DNA from: Escherichia phage vB_VIPECOOM01
Sequence record: OQ721909
DNA: 64,000 nt
Reading direction: 5' to 3' (one strand)
The position numbers and the translations under genes are program-made. Below, piece by piece: positions 46,070-58,079 of the stretch (position 1 is the stretch's first letter; every line of letters begins with the position of its first letter). The notes below the pieces were generated by a model. That model saw only the letters and a list, made by a program, of their open reading frames with translations. It did no database searches and was not told where the DNA came from.

Positions 46070-47780
46070 TAACCTTAATTGGTTTGTTGGTGTTGTTGAA
46101 GATAGAATGGACCCATTAAAATTAGGTCGTGTTCGTGTTCGTGTAGTTGGTCTGCATCCACCTCAAAGAGCGCAAGGCGATGTAATGGGTATTCCAACTG
46201 ATAAATTACCATGGATGTCAGTTATTCAACCTATAACTTCTGCAGCAATGTCTGGAATTGGAGGCTCCGTTACTGGTCCGGTAGAAGGAACTAGAGTTTA
46301 TGGTCATTTTTTAGACAAATGGAAAACTAACGGAATTGTCCTTGGCACGTATGGTGGGATAGTTCGCGAAAAACCTAATAGACTTGAAGGATTTTCTGAC
46401 CCAACTGGACAGTATCCTAGACGTCTAGGAAATGATACTAACGTATTAAACCAAGGCGGAGAAGTAGGATATGATTCGTCTTCTAATATTATCCAAGATA
46501 GTAATCTAGACACTGCGATAAATCCTGATGATAGACCACTATCAGAAATTCCAACTGATGATAATCCAAATATGTCAATGGCTGAAATGCTTCGCCGTGA
46601 TGAAGGATTAAGACTAAAAGTTTATTGGGATACAGAAGGATATCCGACAATTGGTATTGGTCATCTTATCATGAAGCAGCCAGTTCGTGATATGACCCAA
46701 ATTAATAAAGTTTTATCAAAACAAGTTGGTCGTGAAATTACCGGAAATCCAGGTTCTATTACAATGGAAGAAGCGGTAACTTTATTTGAACGTGATTTAG
46801 CTGATATGCAACGTGATATTAAATCACATTCTAAAGTTGGCCCAGTTTGGAAAGCAGTTAATCGTTCTCGTCAAATGGCATTAGAAAATATGGCATTCCA
46901 AATGGGCGTTGGCGGCGTAGCTAAATTTAACACAATGTTAACTGCTATGTTAGCCGGAGATTGGGAAAAAGCATATAAAGCTGGTCGTGATTCATTGTGG
47001 TATCAACAAACAAAAGGCCGTGCATCCCGTGTTACCATGATTATTCTTACAGGGAATTTGGAATCATACGGTATTGAAGTGAAAACACCAGCTAGGTCTT
47101 TGTCTGCAATGGCTGCTACTGTAGCAAAGTCTTCTGACCCGGCTGACCCTCCTATTCCGAATGATTCAAGAATTTTATTCAAAGAACCTGTTTCTTCATA
47201 TAAAGGTGAATATCCGTATGTTCACACAATGGAAACTGAAAGCGGTCATATTCAGGAATTTGATGATACCCCTGGGCAAGAACGATACAGATTAGTTCAT
47301 CCGACTGGAACATATGAGGAAGTATCACCATCAGGAAGAAGAACAAGAAAAACTGTTGATAATTTGTATGATATAACAAATGCTGATGGTAATTTTTTGG
47401 TAGCCGGCGATAAAAAGACTAACGTCGGTGGATCAGAAATTTATTACAACATGGATAATCGTCTTCACCAAATAGATGGAAGCAACACAATATTTGTGCG
47501 CGGCGATGAAACTAAGACAGTTGAAGGTAATGGAACTATCCTAGTAAAAGGTAATGTTACTATTGTAGTTGAAGGTAATGCTGACATTACAGTTAAAGGG
47601 GATGCTACTACTTTAGTTGAAGGAAATCAAACTAATACAGTAAATGGAAATCTTTCTTGGAAAGTTGCTGGGACAGTTGATTGGGACGTTGGTGGTGATT
47701 GGACAGAAAAAATGGCATCTATGAGTTCTATTTCATCTGGTCAATACACAATTGATGGATCGAGGATTGACATTGGCTAA
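46053..47780 (+). CDS. 5: Baseplate central spike / tail lysozyme gp5
   Basis: 575 aa; N-terminal OB domain, central T4L-like lysozyme domain, C-terminal VxGxxxxx beta-helix repeats. Confidence 0.97.
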   Translation: MEMISNNLNWFVGVVEDRMDPLKLGRVRVRVVGLHPPQRAQGDVMGIPTDKLPWMSVIQPITSAAMSGIGGSVTGPVEGTRVYGHFLDKWKTNGIVLGTYGGIVREKPNRLEGFSDPTGQYPRRLGNDTNVLNQGGEVGYDSSSNIIQDSNLDTAINPDDRPLSEIPTDDNPNMSMAEMLRRDEGLRLKVYWDTEGYPTIGIGHLIMKQPVRDMTQINKVLSKQVGREITGNPGSITMEEAVTLFERDLADMQRDIKSHSKVGPVWKAVNRSRQMALENMAFQMGVGGVAKFNTMLTAMLAGDWEKAYKAGRDSLWYQQTKGRASRVTMIILTGNLESYGIEVKTPARSLSAMAATVAKSSDPADPPIPNDSRILFKEPVSSYKGEYPYVHTMETESGHIQEFDDTPGQERYRLVHPTGTYEEVSPSGRRTRKTVDNLYDITNADGNFLVAGDKKTNVGGSEIYYNMDNRLHQIDGSNTIFVRGDETKTVEGNGTILVKGNVTIVVEGNADITVKGDATTLVEGNQTNTVNGNLSWKVAGTVDWDVGGDWTEKMASMSSISSGQYTIDGSRIDIG

Positions 47781-47814
47781 TATACTTCCAATGAGCGCTG
47801 ATTTAGGAGAATCC

Positions 47815-48309
47815 ATGGAAGGTTCTTCTATCGACGTCACCTTTACCGCTCAATTAGAAACAGGTGAAACGTTAGTATCTATAAATATAACTAGTTACGA
47901 AGAAACTCCTGGGGTTTTAGTAGAAGAAAATCGTTTATATGGAACGTATGAATCTGTGTTTGGATTTGGAAATGACGCATTGAAATATCGTTTAGATGAT
48001 GAATTTAAAACTGCTGCTTCGTGGGAAGACCTTCCAACTGATTCTAATACTCAGTTATATCTATGGAAAGCTCCTCAAAACCTCCAGAAGACATTCACTT
48101 ACGAAGTAACATTAATATATGACTATCAAGAACAAAGTGAATCTGGAGGTTCTGGTAGTAATTCTAGGTCAACATCTGATACTACTGAACCAACGGATCC
48201 TCCTGCTCCAATAAGAAAAACTCTTGTTAAAAATTACACAAAAACTATAGTTGGAAATTGGAGTCGTTGGGCTAATAAATTAAGAAGCTACGTATATGAG
48301 AGGCAATAA
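47815..48309 (+). CDS. 5.1: gp5.1-like hypothetical protein
   Basis: ORF 47752..48309 trimmed to ATG with AGGAGA RBS outside gene 5. Confidence 0.5.
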   Translation: MEGSSIDVTFTAQLETGETLVSINITSYEETPGVLVEENRLYGTYESVFGFGNDALKYRLDDEFKTAASWEDLPTDSNTQLYLWKAPQNLQKTFTYEVTLIYDYQEQSESGGSGSNSRSTSDTTEPTDPPAPIRKTLVKNYTKTIVGNWSRWANKLRSYVYERQ

Positions 48310-48602
48310 TGTCAGGATTAAGTTATGATAAGTGTGTTACTGCTGGTCATGAAGCGTGGCCTCCAACAGTTGTGAATGCTACACAAAGTAAAGTATTCAC
48401 TGGAGGAATTGCTGTTCTCGTGGCAGGTGATCCAATTACAGAACATACAGAAATTAAAAAGCCATATGAAACACATGGCGGAGTGGCACAACCTAGAACT
48501 TCTAAGGTATATGTCACTGGAAAGAAAGCTGTTCAAATGGCTGATCCAGTATCATGTGGTGATACTGTGGCTCAGGCATCATCTAAAGTATTCATTAAAT
48601 AG
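48309..48602 (+). CDS. 5.4: Spike tip protein gp5.4 (PAAR-repeat)
   Basis: 97 aa; PAAR-like fold signature; between 5 and 6. Confidence 0.8.
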   Translation: MSGLSYDKCVTAGHEAWPPTVVNATQSKVFTGGIAVLVAGDPITEHTEIKKPYETHGGVAQPRTSKVYVTGKKAVQMADPVSCGDTVAQASSKVFIK

Positions 48603-48610
48603 GATTTAAA

Positions 48611-50593
48611 ATGGCAAAGACCCCTGTAAATTATCAATTAACAAGAACAGCAAATGCTATTCCCGAGATATTCGTCGGGGGTACATTTGCTGAAATAAAA
48701 CAAAACCTCATTGAATGGCTTAATGGCCAAAATGAATTTTTGGATTATGATTTTGAAGGCTCAAGATTAAACGTTCTGTGTGACCTTTTGGCTTATAATA
48801 CATTGTACATTCAGCAGTTTGGTAATGCTGCCTTGTATGAAAGCTTTATGCGTACTGCTAACTTACGTAGTTCAGTAGTTCAAGCGGCACAAGATAATGG
48901 ATATTTACCTACTTCAAAATCAGCTGCTCAAACTGAAATTATGCTAACTTGCACAGACGCATTGAATAGAAATTACATTACTATTCCTCGCGGTACTCGC
49001 TTTTTAGCATATGCAAAAGATACTTCCGTTAATCCTTATAACTTTGTATCTACCGAAGATGTTATTGCTATTCGCGATAAAAATAACCAATATTTTCCGC
49101 GTTTAAAATTAGCCCAGGGACGTATAGTAAGAACTGAAATCATTTATGATAAATTAACACCTATTATCATTTATGACAAAAATATAGATAGAAACCAAGT
49201 TAAACTATACGTTGATGGAGCAGAATGGATTAACTGGACAAGAAAGTCAATGGTTCATGCTGGTTCTACATCAACAATTTACTACATGCGTGAAACTATT
49301 GATGGAAATACTGAATTTTATTTTGGTGAAGGTGAGATTTCCGTTAATGCGGCAGAAGGAGCATTGACCGCTAATTATATTGGAGGTCTTAAACCTACCC
49401 AGAACTCTACGATTGTTATTGAGTACATCAGTACTAACGGTGCAGATGCGAACGGCGCAGTCGGATTTTCATATGCAGATACATTAACAAATATAACTGT
49501 CATCAATATTAATGAAAATCCAAACGACGACCCAGATTTTGTTGGAGCAGACGGCGGCGGTGACCCAGAAGATATTGAGCGTATTCGCGAATTGGGTACT
49601 ATTAAACGCGAAACCCAACAACGCTGCGTAACTGCGACTGATTATGATACATTCGTTTCAGAGAGATTTGGTTCTATTATTCAAGCAGTTCAAACTTTCA
49701 CCGATTCTACAAAACCCGGTTATGCATTTATTGCTGCTAAACCTAAATCAGGTCTGTATTTAACTACTGTACAGCGTGAAGATATTAAAAATTATCTCAA
49801 AGACTATAATTTAGCTCCTATTACACCATCAATTATTTCTCCTAATTACCTTTTTATTAAGACTAATTTAAAAGTCACATATGCTTTAAATAAGCTACAA
49901 GAATCCGAACAGTGGCTCGAAGGTCAAATAATTGATAAAATTGATCGTTATTATACCGAAGATGTAGAAATTTTTAACTCATCTTTCGCTAAATCTAAGA
50001 TGTTGACATATGTAGATGATGCAGATCATTCTATCATTGGCTCATCAGCGACAATTCAAATTGTTCGTGAAGTACAAAACTTCTATAAAACGCCTGAAGC
50101 AGGTATTAAATACAATAATCAAATAAAAGACCGTTCTATGGAATCTAATACGTTTTCATTTAATTCTGGACGAAAGGTTGTAAATCCTGATACTGGTTTA
50201 GAAGAAGATGTATTATATGACGTTCGCATAGTATCAACAGACCGAAATTCTAAAGGAATTGGTAAAGTTATTATTGGTCCATTTGCTTCTGGCGATGTTA
50301 CAGAAAATAAAAACATTCGTCCATATACAGGCAACGATTTTAATAAATTAGCAAATTCTAGTGGACGCGACAAATACTATGTTATCGGTGAAATAAATTA
50401 TCCAGCTGATATGATTTATTGGAATATCGCTAAAATTAATTTAACATCCGATAAATTTGAGGTTCAGACTATTGAACTATATTCTGATCCAATAGACGAT
50501 GTTATTTTCACACGTGATGGTTCACTAATTGTATTTGAAAATGATTTACGCCCGCAATACTTAACTATCGATTTGGAGCCTATATCACAATGA
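48611..50593 (+). CDS. 6: Baseplate wedge protein gp6
   Basis: 660 aa; synteny and length. Confidence 0.9.
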   Translation: MAKTPVNYQLTRTANAIPEIFVGGTFAEIKQNLIEWLNGQNEFLDYDFEGSRLNVLCDLLAYNTLYIQQFGNAALYESFMRTANLRSSVVQAAQDNGYLPTSKSAAQTEIMLTCTDALNRNYITIPRGTRFLAYAKDTSVNPYNFVSTEDVIAIRDKNNQYFPRLKLAQGRIVRTEIIYDKLTPIIIYDKNIDRNQVKLYVDGAEWINWTRKSMVHAGSTSTIYYMRETIDGNTEFYFGEGEISVNAAEGALTANYIGGLKPTQNSTIVIEYISTNGADANGAVGFSYADTLTNITVININENPNDDPDFVGADGGGDPEDIERIRELGTIKRETQQRCVTATDYDTFVSERFGSIIQAVQTFTDSTKPGYAFIAAKPKSGLYLTTVQREDIKNYLKDYNLAPITPSIISPNYLFIKTNLKVTYALNKLQESEQWLEGQIIDKIDRYYTEDVEIFNSSFAKSKMLTYVDDADHSIIGSSATIQIVREVQNFYKTPEAGIKYNNQIKDRSMESNTFSFNSGRKVVNPDTGLEEDVLYDVRIVSTDRNSKGIGKVIIGPFASGDVTENKNIRPYTGNDFNKLANSSGRDKYYVIGEINYPADMIYWNIAKINLTSDKFEVQTIELYSDPIDDVIFTRDGSLIVFENDLRPQYLTIDLEPISQ

Positions 50594-53500
50594 CAGTAAA
50601 AGCACCTTCAGTCACTAGTCTCAGAATTTCCAAGTTATCCGCAAATCAGGTGCAAGTACGCTGGGATGACGTTGGTGCTAATTTCTACTATTTTGTAGAA
50701 ATCGCTGAGACAAAAACAAACTCGGGGGAAAATCTCCCGAGCAATCAATACAGATGGATTAACTTAGGATATACTGCAAATAACAGCTTCTTTTTTGATA
50801 ATGCTGACCCATTGACATCATACATTATTAGAGTAGCCACAGCTGCGCAAGATTTTGAGCAGTCTGATTGGATTTATACTGAAGAGTTTGAAACTTTTGC
50901 TACAAATGCTTATACATTTCAAAACATGATTGAAATGCAATTAGCTAATAAATTCATTCAAGAAAAATTTACTCTTAATAATTCTGACTATGTTAATTTT
51001 AACAATGACACTATAATGGCTGCATTGATGAATGAATCGTTTCAATTCAGCCCATCATATGCTGATGTTTCATCAATAAGTAATTTTATTATTGGTGAAA
51101 ATGAGTATCATGAAATACAAGGTTCTATTCAGCAAGTATGTAAGGATATTAACAGAGTTTATTTGATGGAATCAGAAGGGATTCTATATCTTTTTGAGCG
51201 TTATCAACCTGTAGTTAAAGTATCTAATGATAAAGGACAAACCTGGAAAGCCGTAAAGCTCTTCAATGATCGTGTAGGATATCCTTTATCTAAGACTGTA
51301 TATTACCAATCTGCGAACACAACATACGTTCTAGGATACGACAAGATTTTCTATGGCCGCAAATCTACTGATGTTAGATGGTCAGCTGATGATGTCAGAT
51401 TTAGTTCGCAGGATATAACATTTGCTAAACTTGGCGATCAACTTCATTTGGGATTTGATGTTGAAATATTTGGTACTTATGCTACATTACCTGCAAATGT
51501 GTATCGTATAGCTGAAGCTATTACTTGCACCGATGATTACATTTACGTTGTCGCCAGAGACAAAGTTAGATACATAAAAACGAGTAATGCACCTATAGAT
51601 TCTGATCCATTATCTCCAACATATTCGGAAAGGCTATTTGAACCTGATACGATGACTATAACCGGAAATCCTAAAGCAGTATGTTATAAAATGGATTCTA
51701 TTGGTGATAAAGTTTTTGCTCTTATTATTGGTGAAGTTGAAACATTAAATGCTAATCCTAGAACATCAAAAATAATTGATTCTGATGATAAAGGAATATA
51801 CGTTTTAGATCATGATACAAAAACGTGGAAAAGAGTTTTTGGCAACACTGAAGAAGAAAGAAGACGTATTCAACCTGGATATGCGAATATGTCAACTGAT
51901 GGTAAATTAGTTTCTCTGTCTTCGAGTAATTTTAAATTTTTAAGTGATAGCATTGTTAATGACCCTGAAACTGCAGCGAAATATCAGTTAATCGGTGCTG
52001 TTAAATATGAATTTCCTCGTGAATGGCTAGCCGATAAGCATTATCATATGATGGCATTTATAGCAGATGAAAAATCTGATTGGGAAACTTTTACACCTCA
52101 ACCGATGAAATATTATGCAGAACCATTCTTTAACTGGTCTAAAAAATCTAACACCCGCTGTTGGATAAACAACTCTGATAGAGCTGTAGTAGTTTATGCT
52201 GATTTAAAATACACCAAAGTTATAGAAAATATTCCGGAAACATCGCCAGATAGATTAGTTCATGAATACTGGGATGATGGTGATTGTACGATAGTAATGC
52301 CAAATGTTAAATTCACGGGATTTAAAAAATATGCGTCTGGGATGCTTTTTTATAAATCTTCTGGTGAAATAATTTCTTACTATGATTTTAACTATCGAGT
52401 GAGAGACACGGTTGAAATAATTTGGAAGCCAACTGGAATATTTTTAAAAGCATTTTTACAAAACCAAGAGCGTGAAACTCCTTGGTCACCAGAAGAAGAG
52501 CATGGATTAGCTGACCCTGATTTAAGACCATTGATTGGCACAATGATGCCTGATTCTTATTTACTACAAGATTCGAATTTTGAGGCATTTTGCGAAGCAT
52601 ATATTCAATATCTTTCTGATGGATATGGAACTCAGTATAACAATTTACGAAATTTAATTCGTAACAAATATCCACGAGAAGAGCATGCATGGGAATATTT
52701 GTGGTCAGAGATATATAAAAGAAACATTTATTTAAATGCTGACAAACGTGATGCTGTTGCAAGATTTTTTGAATCACGTAGCTATGATTTTTATTCTACT
52801 AAAGGAATTGAAGCATCATACAAATTTCTTTTTAAAGTTCTTTATAATGAAGAAGTTGAAATTGAAATTGAATCTGGGGCTGGTACTGAATATGATATAA
52901 TCATTCAATCTGATTCTTTGACTGAAGACTTAGTAGGACAAACGATTTATACAGCTACAGGAAGATGTAATGTTACTTATATAGAAAGAAGTTATTCTAA
53001 CGGTAAATTGCAATGGACTGTAACTATTCATAATCTTTTGGGAAGATTAATTGCCGGTCAAGAAGTTAAAGCAGAAAGACTCCCTAGTTTTGAAGGCGAA
53101 ATTATTCGTGGTGTTAAAGGAAAGGATTTGCTTCAAAATAATATAGACTATATTAATAGAAGCCGATCATATTATGTAATGAAAATTAAATCCAATTTAC
53201 CTTCTTCTCGCTGGAAATCTGACGTTATTCGCTTTGTTCATCCAGTAGGATTTGGATTTATAGCAATTACTCTTTTAACAATGTTTATTAATGTCGGTTT
53301 AACTCTTAAACATACAGAGACTATAATTAATAAATACAAAAACTACAAGTGGGATTCTGGATTGCCTACTGAATATGCTGATAAAGTAGCTAAATTAACT
53401 CCAACCGGTGAAATTGAACATGATTCAGTAACAGGAGAAGCAATTTATGAACCTGGCCCAATGGCTGGTGTAAAATATCCTCTTCCTAATGACTATAATG

Positions 53501-53688
53501 CTGAAAATAATAATTCAATATTTCAAGGTCAATTGCCGTCTGAACGACGTAAATTAATGAGTCCTCTATTTGATGCATCTGGAACAACATTTGCACAATT
53601 TAGGGATTTAGTTAATAAACGTCTAAAAGATAATATAGGAAATCCAAGAGACCCTGAAAATCCAACACAGGTTAAAATAGATGAATGA
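50590..53688 (+). CDS. 7: Baseplate wedge initiator gp7
   Basis: 1032 aa; synteny and length. Confidence 0.9.
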   Translation: MTVKAPSVTSLRISKLSANQVQVRWDDVGANFYYFVEIAETKTNSGENLPSNQYRWINLGYTANNSFFFDNADPLTSYIIRVATAAQDFEQSDWIYTEEFETFATNAYTFQNMIEMQLANKFIQEKFTLNNSDYVNFNNDTIMAALMNESFQFSPSYADVSSISNFIIGENEYHEIQGSIQQVCKDINRVYLMESEGILYLFERYQPVVKVSNDKGQTWKAVKLFNDRVGYPLSKTVYYQSANTTYVLGYDKIFYGRKSTDVRWSADDVRFSSQDITFAKLGDQLHLGFDVEIFGTYATLPANVYRIAEAITCTDDYIYVVARDKVRYIKTSNAPIDSDPLSPTYSERLFEPDTMTITGNPKAVCYKMDSIGDKVFALIIGEVETLNANPRTSKIIDSDDKGIYVLDHDTKTWKRVFGNTEEERRRIQPGYANMSTDGKLVSLSSSNFKFLSDSIVNDPETAAKYQLIGAVKYEFPREWLADKHYHMMAFIADEKSDWETFTPQPMKYYAEPFFNWSKKSNTRCWINNSDRAVVVYADLKYTKVIENIPETSPDRLVHEYWDDGDCTIVMPNVKFTGFKKYASGMLFYKSSGEIISYYDFNYRVRDTVEIIWKPTGIFLKAFLQNQERETPWSPEEEHGLADPDLRPLIGTMMPDSYLLQDSNFEAFCEAYIQYLSDGYGTQYNNLRNLIRNKYPREEHAWEYLWSEIYKRNIYLNADKRDAVARFFESRSYDFYSTKGIEASYKFLFKVLYNEEVEIEIESGAGTEYDIIIQSDSLTEDLVGQTIYTATGRCNVTYIERSYSNGKLQWTVTIHNLLGRLIAGQEVKAERLPSFEGEIIRGVKGKDLLQNNIDYINRSRSYYVMKIKSNLPSSRWKSDVIRFVHPVGFGFIAITLLTMFINVGLTLKHTETIINKYKNYKWDSGLPTEYADKVAKLTPTGEIEHDSVTGEAIYEPGPMAGVKYPLPNDYNAENNNSIFQGQLPSERRKLMSPLFDASGTTFAQFRDLVNKRLKDNIGNPRDPENPTQVKIDE

Positions 53689-54685
53689 TTCAAGTGTTAT
53701 CTATCGTGCGATAGTTACTTCAAAATTTAGAACAGAAAAAATGTTGAATTTTTATAATTCAATTGGAAGTGGTCCGGATAAAAACACTATCTTTATTACA
53801 TTTGGAAGATCAGAACCGTGGTCATCAAACGAAAATGAGGTGGGATTTGCCCCACCTTATCCCACCGATTCTGTGTTAGGTGTAACTGACATGTGGACTC
53901 ATATGATGGGAACCGTGAAGGTTCTTCCATCTATGCTTGATGCAGTTATTCCTCGTCGAGATTGGGGAGATACTAGATATCCGGATCCATACACATTTAG
54001 AATTAACGATATTGTAGTGTGTAACTCAGCTCCTTACAACGCTACCGAATCAGGCGCAGGCTGGTTAGTATATCGTTGTTTAGATGTTCCTGATACTGGA
54101 ATGTGCTCAATTGAGTCTTTAATTAATAAGGATGAATGCCTTAAGCTAGGTGGAAAATGGACTCCTTCTGTTAGGTCAATGACTCCTCCTGAAGGTCGAG
54201 GAGACGCGGAAGGAACAATCGAACCTGGAGACGGGTATGTATGGGAATATCTTTTTGAGATTCCGCCTGATGTATCTATAAACAGATGCACGAATGAATA
54301 TATCGTGGTTCCTTGGCCCGAGGAATTAAAAGAAGACCCGACTAGATGGGGGTATGAAGATAACCTCACTTGGCAGCAAGATGATTTTGGATTAATTTAC
54401 CGGGTTAAGGCAAATACTATTCGTTTTAAAGCATACTTAGATTCAGTTTATTTTCCTGAAGCTGCATTGCCAGGAAATAAAGGATTTAGACAAATATCGA
54501 TAATCACGAATCCTCTTGAAGCTAAAGTTCATCCAAATGACCCAAACGTTAAAGCTGAAAAGGATTACTATGATCCGGAAGATTTAATGAGGCATTCGGG
54601 CGAAATGATTTATATGGAAAATAGGCCACCTATTATTATGGCAATGGATCAAACAGAAGAAATCAATATTCTGTTTACATTTTAA
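53681..54685 (+). CDS. 8: Baseplate wedge protein gp8
   Basis: 334 aa; followed by terminator hairpin. Confidence 0.88.
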   Translation: MNDSSVIYRAIVTSKFRTEKMLNFYNSIGSGPDKNTIFITFGRSEPWSSNENEVGFAPPYPTDSVLGVTDMWTHMMGTVKVLPSMLDAVIPRRDWGDTRYPDPYTFRINDIVVCNSAPYNATESGAGWLVYRCLDVPDTGMCSIESLINKDECLKLGGKWTPSVRSMTPPEGRGDAEGTIEPGDGYVWEYLFEIPPDVSINRCTNEYIVVPWPEELKEDPTRWGYEDNLTWQQDDFGLIYRVKANTIRFKAYLDSVYFPEAALPGNKGFRQISIITNPLEAKVHPNDPNVKAEKDYYDPEDLMRHSGEMIYMENRPPIIMAMDQTEEINILFTF

Positions 54686-54690
54686 ATTAA

Positions 54691-54716
54691 GGGAGCCCAT
54701 GGGCTCCCTTTTTCTT
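54691..54716 (+). terminator. rho-independent terminator after gene 8
   Basis: GGGAGCCC-ATG-GGCTCCC hairpin followed by TTTTTC. Confidence 0.75.
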
Positions 54717-54724
54717 TATAAATA
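54717..54724 (+). promoter_or_regulatory. late promoter (TATAAATA) for gene 9
   Basis: Exact TATAAATA between gp8 terminator and gene 9 ATG. Confidence 0.8.
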
Positions 54725-54748
54725 CTATAAACTCATAAGGAAACCGCT

Positions 54749-55615
54749 ATGTTCATTCAAGAACCAAAGAAATTGATTGATACCGGCGAAATTGGTAACG
54801 CTTCTACTGGTGATATCTTATTCGACGGTGGTAATAAAATTAATAGTGATTTTAACGCAATTTATAACGCGTTTGGCGATCAGCGTAAAATGGCAGTAGC
54901 AAATGGCACTGGTGCTAACGGCCAAATTATCCATGCTACTGGATATTATCAAAAGCATTCTATCACAGAGTACGCAACTCCGGTGAAAGTTGGTACTAGA
55001 CATGATATTGATACCTCTACTGTTGGTGTTAAAGTTATCATTGAAAGAGGCGAACTTGGCGACTGCGTTGAATTTATTAACTCAAATGGATCAATATCAG
55101 TTACTAATCCTTTAACGATTCAAGCTATTGATTCAATTAAAGGTGTTTCGGGTAATTTGGTAGTAACTAGCCCATATAGTAAAGTTACTTTACGTTGTAT
55201 TTCATCTGATAATTCTACGTCAGTTTGGAATTATTCTATTGAAAGTATGTTTGGCCAAAAGGAATCACCTGCCGAAGGTACATGGAATATTTCTACATCT
55301 GGGTCAGTTGACATTCCATTGTTTCATCGTACTGAATATAACATGGCTAAATTGTTAGTTACATGCCAATCAGTAGATGGAAGAAAAATTAAAACGGCAG
55401 AAATAAATATTCTTGTAGATACTGTTAATTCAGCGGTCATTTCTTCTGAATATGCTGTCATGCGAGTTGGGAATGAAACCGAAGAAGACGAAATCGCTAA
55501 TATTGCATTTAGTATTAAAGAAAATTATGTAACGGCGACTATAAGTTCTTCAACTGTCGGTATGAGAGCAGCAGTTAAAGTTATCGCTACGCAGAAAATC
55601 GGGGTGGCTCAATAA
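54749..55615 (+). CDS. 9: Baseplate protein gp9 (long tail fibre socket)
   Basis: 288 aa; own TATAAATA late promoter. Confidence 0.88.
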   Translation: MFIQEPKKLIDTGEIGNASTGDILFDGGNKINSDFNAIYNAFGDQRKMAVANGTGANGQIIHATGYYQKHSITEYATPVKVGTRHDIDTSTVGVKVIIERGELGDCVEFINSNGSISVTNPLTIQAIDSIKGVSGNLVVTSPYSKVTLRCISSDNSTSVWNYSIESMFGQKESPAEGTWNISTSGSVDIPLFHRTEYNMAKLLVTCQSVDGRKIKTAEINILVDTVNSAVISSEYAVMRVGNETEEDEIANIAFSIKENYVTATISSSTVGMRAAVKVIATQKIGVAQ

Positions 55616-57420
55616 TGAAACAAAATATTAATATCGGTAATGTTGTTGATGATGGTACCGGTGACTACCTGCGTAAAGGTGGTATAAAAATAAATGAAAA
55701 CTTTGATGAACTTTATTATGAACTTGGTGATGGAGATGTTCCATATTCAGCCGGTGCCTGGAAAACTTATAATGCTTCATCTGGACAAACACTAACGGCA
55801 GAATGGGGAAAATCATATGCCATTAATACTTCGTCTGGAAGAGTAACTCTACAACTTCCTAAAGGAACTGTTAATGATTACAACAAGGTAATTAGAGCTA
55901 GAGACGTATTCGCTACATGGAACATCAACCCAGTTACATTAGTAGCTGCTTCCGGCGATACGATTAAAGGGTCTGCAGTACCAGTTGAAATTAATGTTCA
56001 ATTCAGCGATTTGGAATTAGTGTATTGCGCCCCAGGACGTTGGGAATATGTCAAAAATAAGCAAATTGACAAAATTACCAGTTCAGACATTAGTAATGTA
56101 GCTCGTAAAGAATTTTTAGTCGAAGTCCAAGGACAAACAGACTTTTTAGATGTTTTCCGTGGAACTAGTTATAATGTAAATAACATCAGAGTAAAACATC
56201 GTGGTAACGAATTGTATTACGGCGATGTATTTAGCGAAAACAGTGACTTTGGCTCTCCGGGCGAAAATGAAGGCGAATTAGTTCCTCTTGATGGATTTAA
56301 TATTAGGCTAAGACAGCCATGTAATATTGGTGACACCGTTCAAATTGAAACATTTATGGATGGTGTATCACAATGGAGAAGTTCATATACAAGACGCCAA
56401 ATAAAAGTACTAGATTCAAAACTAACATCAAAGACTTCATTAGAAGGAAGTATTTACGTTACTGATTTATCGACGATGAAATCAATTCCATTTTCCGCTT
56501 TTGGATTAATTCCTGGTGAACCTATTAATCCTAACTCTCTTGAGGTTCGTTTTAATGGAATTTTACAGCAACAAGCTGGAACAGCTGGATATCCTCTGTT
56601 TTTGTGTGAAGGCGCTAGTTCAGATACACAAGAAGGATGTATATCTCTTGGTGGTGAATGGAAAGAATCAAACACAGATTATTCTATAGAATATGAAGAT
56701 GGAAAACCTATCAGTCTTTTATTTGATAGAAAATTTGAATCCGGCGACATTATCGTTATAACATGGTTCAATAATGATTTAGGAACTCTTTTAGAAAAAG
56801 ATGACATTATTGAATTAACGGATGACCGTTATGTTAGCAAAGGATCATCTACCGAAGTTACTGGTGATGTGGCCTTAACAGATTTTGATAAAATCGGCTG
56901 GCCAAATGTTGAAAAAGTTGATTCTTATACTAGAACGTATAATTCAATATCATCTATTTTCGACAGCATTTATCCTGTTGGTTCAATTTATGAAAATGCT
57001 ATAAACCCAAATAATCCGGCGACTTATATGGGATTTGGTTCATGGAAATTATTTGGTAAAGGACGAGTTTTAGTAGGATGGAATGATGATGTTACGGATC
57101 CAAACTTTGCTTTAAACAATAATGATTTAGATTCTAGCGGAAATCCTTCACATACTGCTGGTGGAACAGTTGGAACAACAACAGTGACACTTGAGAATGC
57201 AAATCTTCCTGCGACTAAAACTGATGAAAGGGTTTTAATTGAAGACGAAAATGGATCGGTTATTATTGGAGGTTGCCAATATGACCCAGATGAAACTGGT
57301 CCTATATATACAAAATATCGTGAAGACTACGCAACAACAAACTCTTCACATACTCCTCCTGCTAATATTAGTAATATTCAACCGTCTATTACTGTATACC
57401 GTTGGATAAGGATTGCATAA
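55615..57420 (+). CDS. 10: Baseplate wedge protein gp10
   Basis: 601 aa; ATGA overlap with gp9. Confidence 0.88.
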   Translation: MKQNINIGNVVDDGTGDYLRKGGIKINENFDELYYELGDGDVPYSAGAWKTYNASSGQTLTAEWGKSYAINTSSGRVTLQLPKGTVNDYNKVIRARDVFATWNINPVTLVAASGDTIKGSAVPVEINVQFSDLELVYCAPGRWEYVKNKQIDKITSSDISNVARKEFLVEVQGQTDFLDVFRGTSYNVNNIRVKHRGNELYYGDVFSENSDFGSPGENEGELVPLDGFNIRLRQPCNIGDTVQIETFMDGVSQWRSSYTRRQIKVLDSKLTSKTSLEGSIYVTDLSTMKSIPFSAFGLIPGEPINPNSLEVRFNGILQQQAGTAGYPLFLCEGASSDTQEGCISLGGEWKESNTDYSIEYEDGKPISLLFDRKFESGDIIVITWFNNDLGTLLEKDDIIELTDDRYVSKGSSTEVTGDVALTDFDKIGWPNVEKVDSYTRTYNSISSIFDSIYPVGSIYENAINPNNPATYMGFGSWKLFGKGRVLVGWNDDVTDPNFALNNNDLDSSGNPSHTAGGTVGTTTVTLENANLPATKTDERVLIEDENGSVIIGGCQYDPDETGPIYTKYREDYATTNSSHTPPANISNIQPSITVYRWIRIA

Positions 57421-58079
57421 TGAGTTTACTTAATAATAAAGCGGGAGTTATTTCCCGCTTAGCAGATTTTCTTGGTTTTAGAACTAAGAAAAATGATATT
57501 TCGGTTATGAATAATCAGCCAGTAGGCGCTGTAACAATTTCACAAATAGCAAAAGGTTTTTATGACCCAAATGTAGAATCTGCTATCAATGATGTTAGAA
57601 ATATGGCAGAGCAACAGGTTGGAGCTGTATTAGTTAATATAAGCGGCGTATCTCCTACTGGCGTGCAACAAACAGACTATTGGTCATTTGAAGGAACCGT
57701 TACTGATACTTCAGCCAAACCAGGTGATCCAGTTATTGTTAACATGTTTGGTATTCCAGTTAAAGCTACTAATGGAATGACTTCAATCGAATTTACTAGT
57801 GCCGTTAGAGTAGCTCTACAGGAAATGGTTGTAAAATTTATTGCAATTGATTCATTTGAAGACCATCCTACAATAGGAAATAAAATACAAGTTAAGTATT
57901 TAGATAACCAAGAACATATCTTAGAACAATACTCTGATAAAGGAATTACTTTCAAACAGGAAATAATTTCTCCTTCTAAACCTGGGTACGGAACTTGGCA
58001 ATTATTAGGTGCGCAAACTGTTACGCTAGATAGTCACACACAACCTACAGTATTTTATTATTTTGAGAGAGTAGCATGA
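57420..58079 (+). CDS. 11: Baseplate wedge protein gp11 (short tail fibre attachment)
   Basis: 219 aa from ATG in TAATG overlap with gp10 stop. Confidence 0.85.
   Translation: MSLLNNKAGVISRLADFLGFRTKKNDISVMNNQPVGAVTISQIAKGFYDPNVESAINDVRNMAEQQVGAVLVNISGVSPTGVQQTDYWSFEGTVTDTSAKPGDPVIVNMFGIPVKATNGMTSIEFTSAVRVALQEMVVKFIAIDSFEDHPTIGNKIQVKYLDNQEHILEQYSDKGITFKQEIISPSKPGYGTWQLLGAQTVTLDSHTQPTVFYYFERVA

Noticed and set aside
52388-52777. 129 aa minus-strand ORF
   Set aside because: Antisense within gp7 inside the plus-strand late operon.
54034-54369. 111 aa minus-strand ORF
   Set aside because: Antisense within gp8.
57677-57955. 92 aa minus-strand ORF
   Set aside because: Antisense within gp11.
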